Assembly: GCF_006345805.1 (NCBI RefSeq)
Contig: NC_043010.1
Location: forward strand, 25,234,001-25,298,000
Direction: 5' to 3'
Origin: Octopus sinensis
Taxonomy: Eukaryota
DNA length: 64,000 nucleotides
Shown here in pieces: positions 1 to 14,200 of the stretch. Position 1 is the stretch's first letter. Every line of letters begins with the position of its first letter. The translations under genes and the position numbers were made by a program. Below the pieces are notes generated by a model. It saw only the letters and a program-made list of their open reading frames with translations, was not told the origin of the DNA and ran no database searches.

Positions 1-1119
1 AGCAGGGGAGGGTGCACTGAAAGTGTAGCTGCTAGAATAAGAATAGCCTGGGCTAAGTTGAGAGAGCTCTTACCTCTGCTGGTAACAAAGGACCTCGCGC
101 TCATAGTAAAAGGTAGACTGTACAACACATGTGTATGAACAGCCATGCTACATGGCAGTGAAACATGGGCCGTGACTGCTGAGGACATGCGTTAGCTCAC
201 AAGGAATGAAGCCAGCATGCTCCGATGGATGTGTAATGTCAGTGTGCATACTCAACAGTGTTAGTGCCTTGAGTGAAAGATTGAACAGATGTGGTGTGCA
301 AGAGAGACGACTGCGCTGGCATAGTCATGTGGCGAGAATGGATGTGGATAGCCCTGTGAAAAAGTGCCACACACTAGCAGTTGAGGAAACTTGTGGAAGA
401 GGTAGACCCAAGAAGACCTGGGATGAGGTGGTGAAGCGTGACCTTCGAACATTGGGCCTCACTGAGGCAATGACTAGTGACCAGGACCTCTGGAAATATG
501 CTGTGCTTGAGAAGACTCAGCAAGCGCAAGTGAGACCATAACCTTGTGGCCTATGCCAGGGGTGTAACCAGCCCACTTATGCATACCTTTCCTTCATTGG
601 ACACTAAACTCTACTTGCGAAGACCTGTTGAGGCAAGTGAAATCAAAATCGAAATCAAATTCGATGACTGGCTAGTGGAGCGCTAAGAGCACCATAAGAG
701 TGAGATCGTTGCCAGAGCAACAAGCTGGCCTCCATGCCAATGGCACATTAAAAACACCATTCAAGCGTGATCGTTACCTGCGTCACCTTACTAGCACTTG
801 TGCTGGTAGCACGTGAAAAAAAAAACATTCAAGCGAGGTTGTTGCCAGTACCACTGGACTGGCTCCTGTGCAGGTGGCACATAAAAAGCACCATTTGAGC
901 ATGGACATTGCCAGTACTGCCTGACTAGCCCTCACGCCGGTGGCATGTAAAAGCACCCACTACACTCTCGAAGTGGTTGGCGTTAGGAAGGGCACCCAGC
1001 TGTAGAAACTCTGCCAGATCAGATTAGAGTCTGGTGCAGCCATCTGGTTCGCCAGACCTCAGTCAAATCGTCCAACCCATGCTAGCATGGAAAGCAGATG
1101 TTAAACAATGATGATGATG
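1..1119 (+). mobile_element. RTE-clade LINE 3' fragment (end of RT, repeat-containing 3' UTR, (ATG)n tail)
   Basis: ORF 206-541 contains ERRLRWHSHV...GRGRPKKTW, typical of the RTE ORF2 C-terminus; the UTR ends gttaaacaatgatgatgatg; near-identical family copy at 21170-22157. Confidence 0.85.
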
Positions 1120-1852
1120 TTATGGTATGTGGTGTGCTATATGTAATTACTATTCAACGAAAACTCCTGCCTAGCTAGTCTGACTTCATCATATTTTTTG
1201 TGATTAAACTATTTGTTCCTTTCTATGATCGTATTATGTATATTTGTAATGGCTTTTATGTAAGTAAGTCTCCTCATTATTTACTCCCTAGAAACTATAA
1301 AATCATACATATAACAGTACCTGTAACATTGCAACTTATAAAATTTCTTTGGTCTGAATATCTCTAACTGCCCTCACTAAGCCCATACCTACTACCTTCT
1401 CTTTTCAGGTTACCTTTATCTCTTTCCTACCTCAAATTTTAATACCTTGTCTCTTTAAATGTAGGTTATATATATTTCTTATAATTTTCTATATATTCTT
1501 ATTATTTTGTTTTCTCATTTTGATATCCTTACCTTAAATAGAGATTTTCAGCTATTTAGGTCTATGCAAGATGGTTATACTATATTCATATAGATGTATA
1601 AATATTTGTATATATGTATATATGCATATATGTGCATAACCTATTAACCTCTTATCCCTTATAAATTGTTATCTTTCTTGTTTGTAAATAGATACTTTTT
1701 AGTTGAAGTATATGTGAGATGGTTATACTTTATCCATATAAACGTATAAATATTTGTGTATGTGTACATGTGTGCACATAGATAAATATGTGTGTGTATC
1801 TGTACACATCATTATTTTTTCTGAGTCTTGGCTTATAGTTAATACATAGATA

Positions 1853-3142
1853 CGAGGGATGTTCAATAAGTAATGCCTCTGACCCACTTGCAGTTGTTTG
1901 ATCTAGCTGAAATTTTGCATGTACAATCATTTATATCTCTATAGAGTAAGTGGCAAATTACAGCTCTGAATTAATTGCGGTTTCTGATTTACAGGTGTTT
2001 GAACCGAATCAAGTGTGAAATGGAGCCTGTTGAGTGTCGAGCAGTGATCCAGTTTTTGTATTTGAAAGGATGCACACCACGGGAGACTTTTGATGAAATG
2101 AAAGTAACTTATGGTGATGATGCCCCATCATATGACCTTGTAAAACGCTGGCATCGTGAATTCAAACATGGTCGGAACTCTGTGGAAACAGCTCCCAGAT
2201 CTGGTCGCCCCTTCTGCCATTGATGAGGCATCTGTCCGTCAAGTTGAGGCTGCCATTTTGGAAGATCGATGCATAATTATTCGCCAAATAGCCCATGAGG
2301 TCAAGATTAGTACCGGGTCTGTGGAAACTATCATTCATGACCATTTGCATATGCAAAAGGTGTCTGCCAGATGGATTCCCAAGTTGCTCATGCCTTTCCA
2401 GAAGCAAGAACGCGTCGAGTGCTCAAGGGTGAATTTGGAGATGTGCCAAGAAGATGAGTCAAAATTTTTCAAAAGACTGATTACACAGGATGAAACCTGG
2501 GTCCATCACGATGATCCAGAGACCAAAGCCCAGTCAATGCAGTGGAAGCACCGTGACTCACCCCCTCCAAAGAAGGCAAGGGTGCAGCCCTCCGCTGGCA
2601 AGGTCATGCTCACAGTCTTCTGGGACCAGGACGGAGTAGTGATGACAGATTTCCTGGCAAAGGGTACCACAATTGCAGGAGCCTATTATGCTTCACTTTT
2701 GAGGAAATTAAGAGAAGCTATCAAAATCAAGAGGCGGGGCAAGATCAGCAAAGGCATCCTCCTCCTGCAGGACAACGCTCCGGTCCACAACTCGCTTGTC
2801 GCCAGATCAGGAGCACAGGCGTATGGCTATGAACTCCTCCCCATCCCCCCTACTTTCCTGACCTTGCACCCTCTGATTTTCACCTCTTCCCAATCATGAA
2901 GTTGTTTTTGAAAGGAAAGCGTTTCCCAGATGATGCAGCCTTGATTTCTGAAGTCACGTTGAGGCTGGAGGACCAAGCTGTGTTCTTCTACAAAAACGGT
3001 CTCCAGAGCCGCATCAAACGATGGGAGAAATGCGTAACTCTGGGTGGTTCCTATGTAGAAAAAGACTAATAACTGTGCCAAGTTTCATTGCTCTACTGCT
3101 ATATGAAGTGGGTCAGGGGCATTACTTATTGAACGCCCCTCG
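1853..3142 (+). mobile_element. Full-length mariner (DD34D) DNA transposon
   Basis: TIRs cgagggatgttcaataagtaatgcc / ggcattacttattgaacgcccctcg; TA on both sides (1851-52, 3143-44); 1290 bp. Confidence 0.95.
2020..3069 (+). pseudogene. Mariner transposase with frameshifts near 2210 and 2845
   Basis: HTH region, WIPK (WVPR-like), DETW, QDNAP and PYFPDLAPSD motifs spread over three frames. Confidence 0.9.
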
Positions 3143-3819
3143 TAGCATGTTTATCTTTCCAGTATTCCATAAGTAAATGCCCTGAGCAGTCTTTATAGAA
3201 ACCACCTAATAAGTAAATAATTAATTAAGTACATGAATGAATATTAAACTGATTCTATGTAATCTTTCCTTTTTAATGTTGAAAATTGATATATACACAC
3301 ATTTTGCCTATTTTGGTTATGATATCACTTTTGATAATCTTAAATTTTATCTCTGTACAACATAACAATATTGTTTATAAACAATCACCCATAGTACCAC
3401 ATAATAAAATTTTCTCTGCATTAATATCATAGGTTTTATTAGCGTCCTGCCCCTTTAACTGGTAATTAACATCTTCCCCTACCCAGCCTCCTTTATAAAT
3501 AGTTACTTTATACCCAATTTACTACTCCTAATATCTTGACAATATTTATGACCTATCAACTCACTCTTGCCTTTCATTCCAAACAGACAGAGGTCTAGTC
3601 TTCTTCCATCTTCTTGCTCTGTTAAAGTATTTGAGAAAAATTATATTAATGTGTCCAACTGATTAAAATTCTATTTATTTGTGCAGCTGATGATAGCCCT
3701 GCATTTAAAATGATGTAATGATTGCATTGTTCAATTAAATGGAGCCACTTAAAATGGTCATACTGTATCACTTCTCAATATCCTGTTGCTTATTTTGATT
3801 GTATATATATATATATATA

Positions 3820-5056
3820 GGGAGAATTCACAAAAAAACAAAAGATGAAGACAAGTAGTGTAGACAACAAACAGATATATTAGTTTAACGCTCAGGAAAT
3901 GAAAAAGTCTTTAACGTTTTGAGCCTACGCTATTCCACAGAAAGAAACAAGGAGAGAAAATAAAGAATGTGTAGTGGCTAGTGATCTCTCATGGCAAATG
4001 CCAGACAGAGGGGTCACACAGGAGAGCTAGGAAGAAGGGGAAATAATAAAGTAGTGGTGACCCCAAAATGAAGGTGTGTGTGCATGTGTATAAGAGTATG
4101 TATGTGTGTGTGGAAGAGGGCTAGTGACCTTGACATGTGTGTATGTGTAGTGCTAGTGTGTGTGGTGGTGGTGTTGTGTGGTATGGTGGTTATGGTGTAG
4201 TGTGTGATGGTGTTGGGAGGTAGGGAAAGCAAGGGTGAGGAGAGAGGTGGGTATGTCGGTAGGCTGAGGGTGGGGTATGTGCAAGTGGGTGTAAAGGATG
4301 GGGTGGGGTGGGGTTACGAGGGAGGGGTGAGAATGAAGGGGGAAGGGAGAAGGTGGGTAAGAGAAGAGAGAAGGAGAGTAGGAGTGAAGAGAAGAAATAG
4401 GAGTCAGAGCAAGAGAGGAGAGGTGGGTGGGAGGAAGTACGTGTGAGGCGGAAAGAGGAGAGGGGAGGAGGTTAGATGAAGAGTGGAGGAGAGTTGAGCC
4501 CATGTGGCACAAAGGAGCGAAGAGAGAAGATTAATCCCTGTTCACAGCGCAAACAGGAGTCCGGATACAAGGACAATCTGAACACAGACAGGTATTGCAA
4601 GGAGTGACCGGTAGAGTGGTAATATTGCGAGATCGGGTGTCATTGCCGAGTCGGATGTCTCAAAGCTGTTCCGCGAACCAGTCATCCAAGCAGTGTCCTG
4701 TTTGCCTGATGTATAGAGACGGGCAGAGAGAGAGAGAGCAGGAGATGCAGTAGATGACATTGGTAGAAGTGCCGGTGAAGGAGTTGGTGATGTGATATGG
4801 TCGATGATGGGTGCTAGTGAGGAGGGTGGTGTTGGAGAGGTAAGGGCAAGTGCGGCAGGAGCAGGGGAAGAAGCTGGGTTGGGAGGTTGGGTTAGGGAAG
4901 AAGCTGTAGACCAAGAGGTCTCATAGGTTGTGGGCTTGTTTGAAGGAGGGGAGCGGTCGGTTAGGGAATATGTGCAAAGAGGAGGGGTCAGACTGGAGTC
5001 GTCGGAAGGCTTGGAGAATGGTGCATTGGAGAGGTAGGGTGGTGGGGTGGTATTCA
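3820..5056 (-). mobile_element. Penelope-like element 3' fragment (GIY-YIG endonuclease, 3' UTR, pLTR-like end)
   Basis: Minus-strand YHPTTLPLQ..ILQAFRRLQSDP linker, then CRTC...TSTNVIYCISC...LYIRQTG (GIY-YIG); hammerhead-like fold at 3907-3946. Confidence 0.85.
3907..3946 (-). ncRNA. Degenerate minimal hammerhead ribozyme-like motif
   Basis: Minus strand reads tcttt-CTGTGGA-atagc-gtag-gctc-AAAA-CG-TT-aaaga; 5-bp stem I; core deviates from CUGANGA/GAAA. Confidence 0.45.
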
Positions 5057-5149
5057 TATATATATATATATATATATACATGAGTTGAATTGAATTGAAC
5101 CAGTTTCAGTGCATGAGCTGTGGCCATGCTGGGGCACTGCCATATGGTT

Positions 5150-5990
5150 TTGGTATATAACTTTTACGTCACTAATTCATTTTGGAACTTGACATTTGGT
5201 ACATAAGGGAGTTTGATGCCACTGCCCTCATTTGCACTTCCTGCTGTGAAGTTGGTTCATCTGGGACTCTTGAAAGTATGAGATCTAGTTTCGTTTTGAA
5301 GATACCTGGTTTCACTCCATGCAGGTATCTCAAGTCCTTCAGGAGGATATTGAAGAGCTGTTGCAGTATCTTGTCCTATATCTTGATGGCAAAGTTGGAA
5401 TCTTTGGCACTATGCAGTGGTGCCTTGTTCTAGCATTAGTGTAACTCACAATGCCAAAGTTTGGAACAAGTCCCTCCAGGATCTTCCAGATGCATATTAC
5501 AGTATATCTTTCCCACCTGCACTCCATGGAATAGAGTCTCAATTTCTTGAGTCTTTCCCAGTGGCTTATATGCTGCATAGAGGCCAGCTTCTTCGTGTAT
5601 CTTTGTTGGATTGCCTCAAGTTCTGCAATTAATTTTACACTGGCTGGTGACCATAGCTGGGAGCAATAGTCAAAGTGGGTTAGGATAAATGCCCTCCAGA
5701 AGATTTAAAAGTTCTAAGAATCCAGTCAGCTGTTTGCATTTCATTGCCATCTTAGCAACATGTACATAGAAGGATGCATCATTACTCATGTAAAGTCTCA
5801 CACTGACTGTGTCTCTGGAATTGCAATCCTTCCAGGTCCAGTGTATTTTATTGGTATTGCATTTAGTTTTGCATGCTGATAGCATAGGGCTTGAAACTTT
5901 TCAGCATTAAACTGCATGTTATTCTTCTTAGCCCACTTGTGTGTTTCATCTAACTCACATTGCAGGTGCACAGCATCTTCATGATTTTAG
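5150..5990 (-). mobile_element. Degraded CR1-like LINE ORF2 3' fragment
   Basis: HWERLKKLRLYSMECRWERYTVICIWKILEGLVPNFG resembles the CR1-group C-terminus. Confidence 0.7.
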
Positions 5991-6071
5991 ATAGATTGCT
6001 GGGAATCCATCAGAGCCAGTAACTGAGTTTGGGTTCATCTCATTTATAACCCTTAATTACATCGTCTGCTA

Positions 6072-6108
<37 letters not shown>

Positions 6109-6460
6109 TATTTTGTATGCATCCTTCAAAGAAAAATGTTAAACTTAGTTCTATAAGCTCATAATGACCTTAAAGAAGTTCTGCCCCATATAGTTAAAAA
6201 TAGTACCTTTCTTAGCATTTAATCAAATGCTTAGAATTGCATATCAACTAGGGGCTAGAACTGAAACATATATGTAGATTTTTTTCACAGCTCCCATTTT
6301 CGTTTTTTCACACTTTCCATTTTTTTTAGCTCTACAACTTATAATTTATTTGTATTGCTGTTTTTAAAAAATTTCAACATCTTTATATCATACAAATAAA
6401 TTATTCATACATCCATTTTCTCTCTTTCAGTATGTGTGTGTGTGTATATATATATATATT

Positions 6461-7085
6461 GTCATTTAACATCCGTTTTCCATGCTGGCATGGGTTGGAT
6501 GGTTTGACTGAGGACTGGTGAGCCAGAAGGCTGCACCAGGCTCAATCTGATCTGGCAAAGTTTCTACAGCTGGATGCCCTTCCTAATGCCAACCATCCAA
6601 GAGTGCAATGAGTGCTTTTACATGCCATCAGCACGAGGGTCAATTAGGTGGTTCTGGCAATGACCACACTCAAAAGGTGTATTTTACGTGCTACCTGCAC
6701 GGGAGCCAGTCTGGCAGCACTGGTAATGACCACACTTGAATCTTGTTTTTCACATGCCACTGGGACTTGTACCGATAAGGCGATGCTGGCAACAATCACA
6801 CTCGAATGGTGCTTGTTATGTGCCACCGACATGTGAGCCAATCCGTGGCCCTGGCAATGATCACGCTCAGATGTGCTTTTAACATTCATGAGTGCCAATC
6901 AGGCAGTACTGTCATCAGCCATGTCAGTGATTTTGATTTGATTTCACTTGCCTCAATAGGTCTTCGCAAGCAAAGTTTATTGTCAAACGAATGAGGGGTT
7001 TTCATAAGTGGGCTGGTTACATCCACTGGCATAGGCCACATGCTATGATCTCACTTGGCTTATCAGGTCTCTCAAGCACAGCATA
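6461..7085 (-). mobile_element. RTE LINE 3' UTR fragment
   Basis: Reverse complement of the UTR and tail seen at 540-1119. Confidence 0.8.
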
Positions 7086-7297
7086 TCTCCATATATATAT
7101 ATATATATATCATCATCATTTCACATCTATCTTCCATGCATGTACGCATATATACGTATATGATGATAATGATATACATATAATCTTTGAATTACAAGAT
7201 TATATAATGTTTCTATAGCTGTTATGTATTTGTGATACCAATTTGATGAAATGTCTGTATGTGTTGAAATAATAAATATCATATGTTTCTGTATTAT

Positions 7298-7361
<64 letters not shown>

Positions 7362-8485
7362 TACATATATCATCATCATCATCATCTTTTAACATCCAGC
7401 TTCCATGCTGGCATGGTGCAAAGCAAGGTGGAAAAAATAGTACTTGAAAACATATGGTAGAATAAAAATATTGTTCGATTAAAAACCCAAAACTCTTCAC
7501 AAACTATTACTCAGAGTCTCCTGTAACCATTTATCAGACATTTTAAATAATAAAAATTTCTTTATTAGTCTGTATTATCACACAACTGTCTGCTAAAGAG
7601 TTACATGAAACTCTGAGTAACAGTTTTTTTCAGCTCTAATAAAATAACATACATACGTATGTACAGACAGATAGATTTATATTCTTAATTTGAGTATATT
7701 AGTATGTTGATGCTCATAAACATACGACTGCATATGAACAATTACTTTGGGAATATAAGTGATTGAAATATTTTTGGCATGGTTGATATATATATATATA
7801 TATGTGTGTGTGGTGTTATGATATATATATTTTTGTTTACTCATAAACATCTTTATTCTAATTTATCAGAATTGTGATAACAAGCTGGAAGTGGAGTTGG
7901 AGTGGCCTTTCCATATCTTTCTTTATTTCTGTGTCTTTATATCTTACAATTCAATGTGCACATGCAATGGACAGAATCACCTTTTGCCTGCTTTGTCTCT
8001 CTTAAATAATCTACTGGACATTGGTGAGAGTGTTACATCTCTGTAATTAGACCTGTGCTTCTGAAACATATGACTTCAGTGTCACTGAATCTTGTATACT
8101 TTTCTATCCTCAAAAACTCAAAGTTGAACAGAAGTAGACAACTTTCTTGGGACAACTTGACCTGTAATATAATTCTATCCTGTAAAATTCTTACAAAACC
8201 AATTGAAACAATTTTAACATATTCCAATAGTATTGTTGGAAATAAAGTTATTTTTCTTCACTAATAAACTACCATACTCCTCTGGAACTTACTATTATTT
8301 CTGTTTTGTCAATATTTTACAGATTTCTTTCTTCTTGTCTTCCTTCTTTTTCAGTTTTTATTTCAAATTCTCCTTCTGTGCTTCATTCTTTTAGTGGATG
8401 TGAGTGGGATTGATATAAGACTGTGTTGCACTTACACTTTCTTTACTGCCTTATACATAGACACATATACTCTCACTCTCTCTCT

Positions 8486-8486
8486 A

Positions 8487-8559
<73 letters not shown>
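8486..8559. repeat. (ATCT)n microsatellite
   Basis: Direct tetranucleotide repeat. Confidence 0.95.
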
Positions 8560-8561
<2 letters not shown>

Positions 8562-9399
8562 ACACACACACAATAAAATTATAGCCATCACTTACAAGCA
8601 GTATGACTTAGGAGCATGTATCATACCTTTACTAATTGTTTTAAGTGCCTATGCAATTATGAGCAACCATAAAAATCTCTCAGCTTTCCCTCCCTTGATC
8701 TGGCTGAACATCCAGGATGTAACAGCATGAAGGAGAGAGGGCTGCACCCCTAATCTGCTGGTACTCGTTTTCAGCAGAGTAAACTGGAGATACTTGAAAT
8801 GAAGCACTTTTCTCAAGAACACAACACACAACTAGTTCCAGGAACTGAACTCACAAATTTGTGATCATGAACCCAGTACCCAAACCAAGTTAGAATACTG
8901 GGCTAAGCAAATAATTTTTTATTCTGATGTTTGTGTGTGTGAAGGTATGTGGCCTAATTATTAAGATGTTTGGCTCACAATCATAGTGTTTTCATTAATA
9001 AACTGTGGCATTCAATTGGGACTTACTACTCAGTTGGCTCTACAAAAGCAAACGAGTTTTTCTGTTTGTCAGTGCCTGAGCTTAAACCATCTCATCTGAA
9101 ATAAGTATGCAAATCTCAAAATTTCACTTTTATTCTCTGATCAAGAATGCAGTATTGAATCATATAAGATATCCCTTTAACATTTTTTAGTTGTTGTTGT
9201 TGTTTTGAAGCATCTATGGAAAATGTCACAAAGTTTGCCTCAGTCAGACCTTTAACAAACTCATATTAGAGTGACTTTTTAGTTATAGAATGGCAACATA
9301 GCACATTGTGAAAATAACCATTATATCCAACACAACTTGAGTGGCCCTCATTTGGCACTTTACAGCATTGTATTGTACATCATGATTTTCAAAGACGAT

Positions 9400-12300
9400 C
9401 TTATACAGAATGGGACAATACAGGACAAACAAAAGACAAAAAATGTTATATGAGTTCGAATGAGTTACATGTTAAAAATTTACTTAAAAAATATTTTATA
9501 TAACGATTAAATTTTCCTTTATATAGAACTTTTTTAAAAAATAAAACGAAAACAAAGAAAGAAAAACGAACAAAAAGATTAAGAGATCGAACCCGGCAGC
9601 CTATAAAGCCCAGCAACGATCTTTTCCTTTCATCACTCATCACATCCTTCCATCGTTTCTCGTATTCTCTCGGTGGCAGGGTCTTCCTCTCCAACCCCAT
9701 CTTGCTCTTCAGATGGTATCTGAAGTAAGACAGCAAACTGGGGCCAGAGATGAAGGACCCTTTCACCGAACCTTCCATTCTCGTTCTCCAAACACACTCT
9801 TTCAGTACTACAACCGTACAATAAAAACATATCATCTTTATTATAGATTCAGCTGACAGTTGTACTCGTCCTAGATGTGACAGCACGTGTTCGACGTAAC
9901 TTATCAAGCTAGATAGCTCACGATATTGTACAATAGCATGCTGGACAGTTTCCTTGTCCACCCCGCATCTTGGACACGTTGGTGACACTGATACTCCATG
10001 TCTGGATAACTTATCTCGATCAGGTAAAGCGTTCCTATAACACTGCCATGTCCGGGATTTTTGGAAGTTATCCAAATATCCTGGCCTGAAAGTTTTTTTA
10101 AACAGGTTGGCGAGTTGGTTCTCATCGAACCCCAGAGCCCCTCCTAGGATGTCATCGTTTTTTCCTCTACCAGCCCTCTATAGAACACCGAGGTGGTATT
10201 CCTGCTGCTGGCTTTGTGCCTGCCTTGTGGATCAGCCAGAGTGCCTGATGGCACTCCTTCTGTCATGAAGTCAGGTTTCATCTTTTAATGAGACCGGGTT
10301 TAAATCTCTCCAAGGAGGCCGGTCGCAGCAGAAACTTCTCTGCCAGTGGACTCCACACCCTATCACCCTCCAGGTGGCACTAGAGATGTCTCAGCCTCAA
10401 CGAATGTCTGCGCATCTTCAGCCAAGGCATCCCCAATCCACCCTTTAACAGTTCCTGGCAGCAAATGGAGCGCTTCACAAATGGCTTTCCTCCCTTCCAC
10501 AAAAAGCGGAAGAGGATTCGTTCCAACTTGTTTAGCCACAAATCGGGGCAAGGCACCACGGACAGGCGGTAGGTGATTACAGATGCTATAAACACCTGCA
10601 CCACCTCCGCTCTGCCCTTCAAGGACTATGGCCTCCACCTTGTTCACTACCTCACTCCAATTCTTCTCCGCCTGGGAGCCCGGACCAAACCAAACCAAAC
10701 TCCGAGCAACTTAACAGGACCATCTATCTAGTGTCTGACGACACTGGACGATTTTGGCTTGTTCCTCCAGGTGCCGAGGCGCAAACCAATGGACTTGTCC
10801 TTGTTAACTTTTGCCCCTGCCACTGCTTTGTATCTTTAGAGAGCACCTTCTCTATGAGATAGTTGTGCTTCATTAGACACAATGAGTGACGTCATCCGCA
10901 GAGGCAGAAACAGACCTACCGCATCCGATTTCATTTGGGTTGCCTCATAACTTCTCCAACCTCCATAGTAATGGCTCAAGAGCCAAAACGAACAGAAGCG
11001 GAGACAAGGGACACCCATGACGAACAGAACGCTTGATCGAAAACGGCTCTGTTAGGTAGCTGTTTATCTGGACTGTGGATTTGATGCCGCTGTACATAGC
11101 GGAGATCCACCCGCGAAAGCCAGGGCCCAGCCCAGCCGCTTCAAGGACCGCCCCCAGGTACCGATAGTCTACCCTATTGAATGCTTTACTTTGGTCTAAA
11201 TGGACCAATGCCCCTCCTTTGCCGGCTAATTTCCCAACCCTATCTAAGGTGTAGCATAGAAGGTGGAGATTATCCTGAATCGACCTGCCTGGGATTGCAC
11301 ATGTCTGTGCCTTCTCGACAAGTTTCTTCACGACAACCGTCAACCTTTTGGCTAGCACCTTGGCCAAAATCTTTAACTCTACATTAAGTAGAGTTATGGG
11401 CCTATAATTACTGATACCATCCCCCTTGCTCGGGTCTTTCTGGACCTGTGTCACAACTTCCCGGCTCACAGCACTGGGAATCCTCCCGTTCTGTTGCCAG
11501 TTTGCATAGACACCCGCCAGTATCTCCGCGAACAAGTTCGGCATACAACGATAAAACTCATAGGGCAGACCATCCATTCCCGGCGCTCTTGGCCAACACC
11601 TCTCTTACCTCCTTGGGAGTGATCGGTCTTTCACAGCATTCAGCCTCACGTGTTGAAAGTCGCGGTCCACTGGCTAGGAAGTCCCTTAAGGGCTCCCCAT
11701 GCTCAAGCGGACCACTCGCCCCAAACAACTGAGCAAAATGCTGGTGAAAGACTCTGAATCTCCTCCTGTCCATAGATCTTGCGTCCCCGTTTGTCCGTTA
11801 AAGACTTTATAGAGGACTTTTTACCTCTCTGACTCTCCACACGACGTGCCCATCCAGCAACATTAATACCTTTTTGCTTCCCTGTGCGTAGCTTGGCTCT
11901 GACTCTGCAGCCTTCATGCTTGGCGTTGAGGTAGCAGTACAAGACCGTTCTCGCTGCCAACACTCTAGATGCAGAGCCAGATTCCATTGCCTCGTCTAAG
12001 TTCTTCACTAAATCACCCTCTATTCTAGTCCTATCTAAACTTAGCTGCTTGCTAAATCTAATGGACTCTGAACAAATGGCTCTTTTGAGGGCGTTCCACC
12101 ATCTATTGTTAATTATGGTGCCACATAATGCCCTCTGAACTAACTCCTTAATCCGGGTACGGAAAGCTTCACAAGTCAAAATAGACTTGTTCATTTTCCA
12201 GTACCCAGGTCTATGTCTATGACATTTATCTACATGTACCTCACACGTCACAAGTTTGTGATCCGTGTAAGGCACAATACAAAATCGTGGACAACTAACA

Positions 12301-14200
12301 CTATTCTTATCTCCTTCCTTAATAAATACCCTATCTAGGTACGATCTGTGTGAGCCATCGTTGTTACTCCACGTCCACTGTGGAATGTTCGGCTCATCCA
12401 GTCGGTAACGGTCTACTAGATTATAGCTCTCTAGTAGACCCTTGAGGCAAGAATTCCCTTTTCTATCAGTTGAGCCCACACTATCGACCCACGCTTCGAG
12501 GATTGTGTTGAAGTCCCCTAACAGAACTAACGTTTTAGACATCACTAGAAAGTGCTCAAGGTTCCAGTAAAAACCAGACTGCCTACACTTCCCATGACAG
12601 ATACCAACCTGAAGGACTGTTTACTCACATGAGTCACATCTAGTACAACCAGCCTGCCTTCTTGGTCCAGAAGGACAGTACTTATCTGTAAATCCAAGTT
12701 CTTCCTGATAAGGACTGCCACGCCTGCACCTACTCCTCGGCTAGGAGAAATAAATTTCTCGTAACCATCCAGAAGAGGCGAGAACGCTTGAGGTCCATTC
12801 ATCTTGGACTCGGTTACAATAACAACATCTATTCTATGTGTCATGAGGTCGTTCAGAAAACAAGCTTGTTTCCATCTCAACCCCATTCCACGTACATTCA
12901 AACAACCTAACTTAATCATTGAAGAAAAGAAAATGATTTACTTACTTTTAAAAATTTTATATGGCTATTAGCCCTGATTAAATGAATTACTTTTTCGTTT
13001 TTATCATTGAACGATATTATTTTGTCTGTTTTTTAACACAGTGGGGTGGGGGTTGTTAAAAAGCTGACCTACAAATGTAGTGTTAGCTGGGAGGGATTGG
13101 GGAATTTTTTGCTGTTGTTCTTGCATGTTTGCGGTTTTTCTTTTTGTTTGGGGAGGGGAGTCCGGGGTGCTTTCTTTTTTACACTTGTATGTCACAGTTG
13201 TAAATTCCATTTGGTCGCTTTCCTTTTGTTTTTTCTTTTCTTCTTCTTCTTTCTGTTCTTCATTATGTTTTTCATTTTGTTTTTTTTCCTCTTTTTGTTT
13301 TTCATTTTGCTTTTTTTTGTCATTGTCATTTTCTTTTGTTATATTACCGCACTTCTGTCTCACTGCATTTTGGGGAGGGACTTCAACTGTTGTTTTTTTT
13401 TCTGAAACCTCTGGGCTTACATCCCTCTACCGACACATGAATTGTATGTCCCTCCCCTACGGAGATCCTATCAGGCAAACTTTCGAGGGTTTGGTTGTCC
13501 CCTTGGACAGCCATCTCTAAACTCTGGCCCCTCCAGTTCGTAGCCTCCTTCATTCTCATGTTTAGTATAGCTAACTTTGCCTCCATGTCGTATTCGGCTG
13601 CCGTTGCTGCCCACATTACATCATACCCGGCTGGTATGTCTTCTACTGATATTTTTGCTGTTCGCCGGCCTAAGTATGTCGGTAGCAACATAATTTCCTC
13701 ATTTTTCAAGGTCTGGGTGGTGATCTCTTTTGCTACGTTAGCCGACTCGAAATGTGCTTCCACTGTAGCACTTCGTTAAAGACTTTGTATACAACCGTTC
13801 TTTCACGAATTGCCTACACCATTTCCGGTGGTGGTACTAACTTTGTTTCCTCTCCATTTTTTCACTATCAAATTCCTGAACTTGAAGAGCTTGTCCATCG
13901 CTACTTCCAGTTCAATTACATTGCCTCCTATGGCTGCCGAAAAACTTGGTTTATCCTTTTCATTTCCTTTATTGCTGTTGTTGTTGCTTGTTCCCATCTC
14001 GGGAAAATCTTTTCTCGATGCAAGGTCGCACTCCATGGTAATCCAAAAAAGCACCTTGTCACAAATGACAAGAAATAATTTTTACAAATGCAGAAATTTT
14101 CGGCCCCGTAGGGCAAAAATTACTGTATGTCTCAAGACAACAGTTCAAATGACACAAATAACACAAACAGAGACGAACTCACGATAACAAATAAGCAGCA
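9400..14200 (-). mobile_element. Tx1/L1-clade LINE A: near full length, ORF1 + ORF2, disrupted
   Basis: ORF2 starts at 12919 with APE motifs (CLNVRG, LGDFN, YLDRVF, YTDHKLV); RT motifs YRPITLLN, DQSKAFNRV, GCPLSPLLF; C-terminal CPRC..ETVQH zinc-binding region; ORF1 fragments 14054-13004; boundaries approximate. Confidence 0.9.

Noticed and set aside
640-960. Regularly spaced short repeats in the RTE 3' UTR (also 21700-22020), superficially CRISPR-like
   Set aside because: Degenerate internal LINE UTR repeats without unique spacers or cas genes, in a eukaryotic context.
7127-7500. ORFs with IYIYIY, CVCV or HTHT runs (also ~8400, 38760-39400, 55150-55540)
   Set aside because: Translations of microsatellites.
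7930-8270. Possible hAT transposase remnant or minus-strand exon
   Set aside because: Only a weak HC..H.LN-like trace with stops in the frames I checked; insufficient support.
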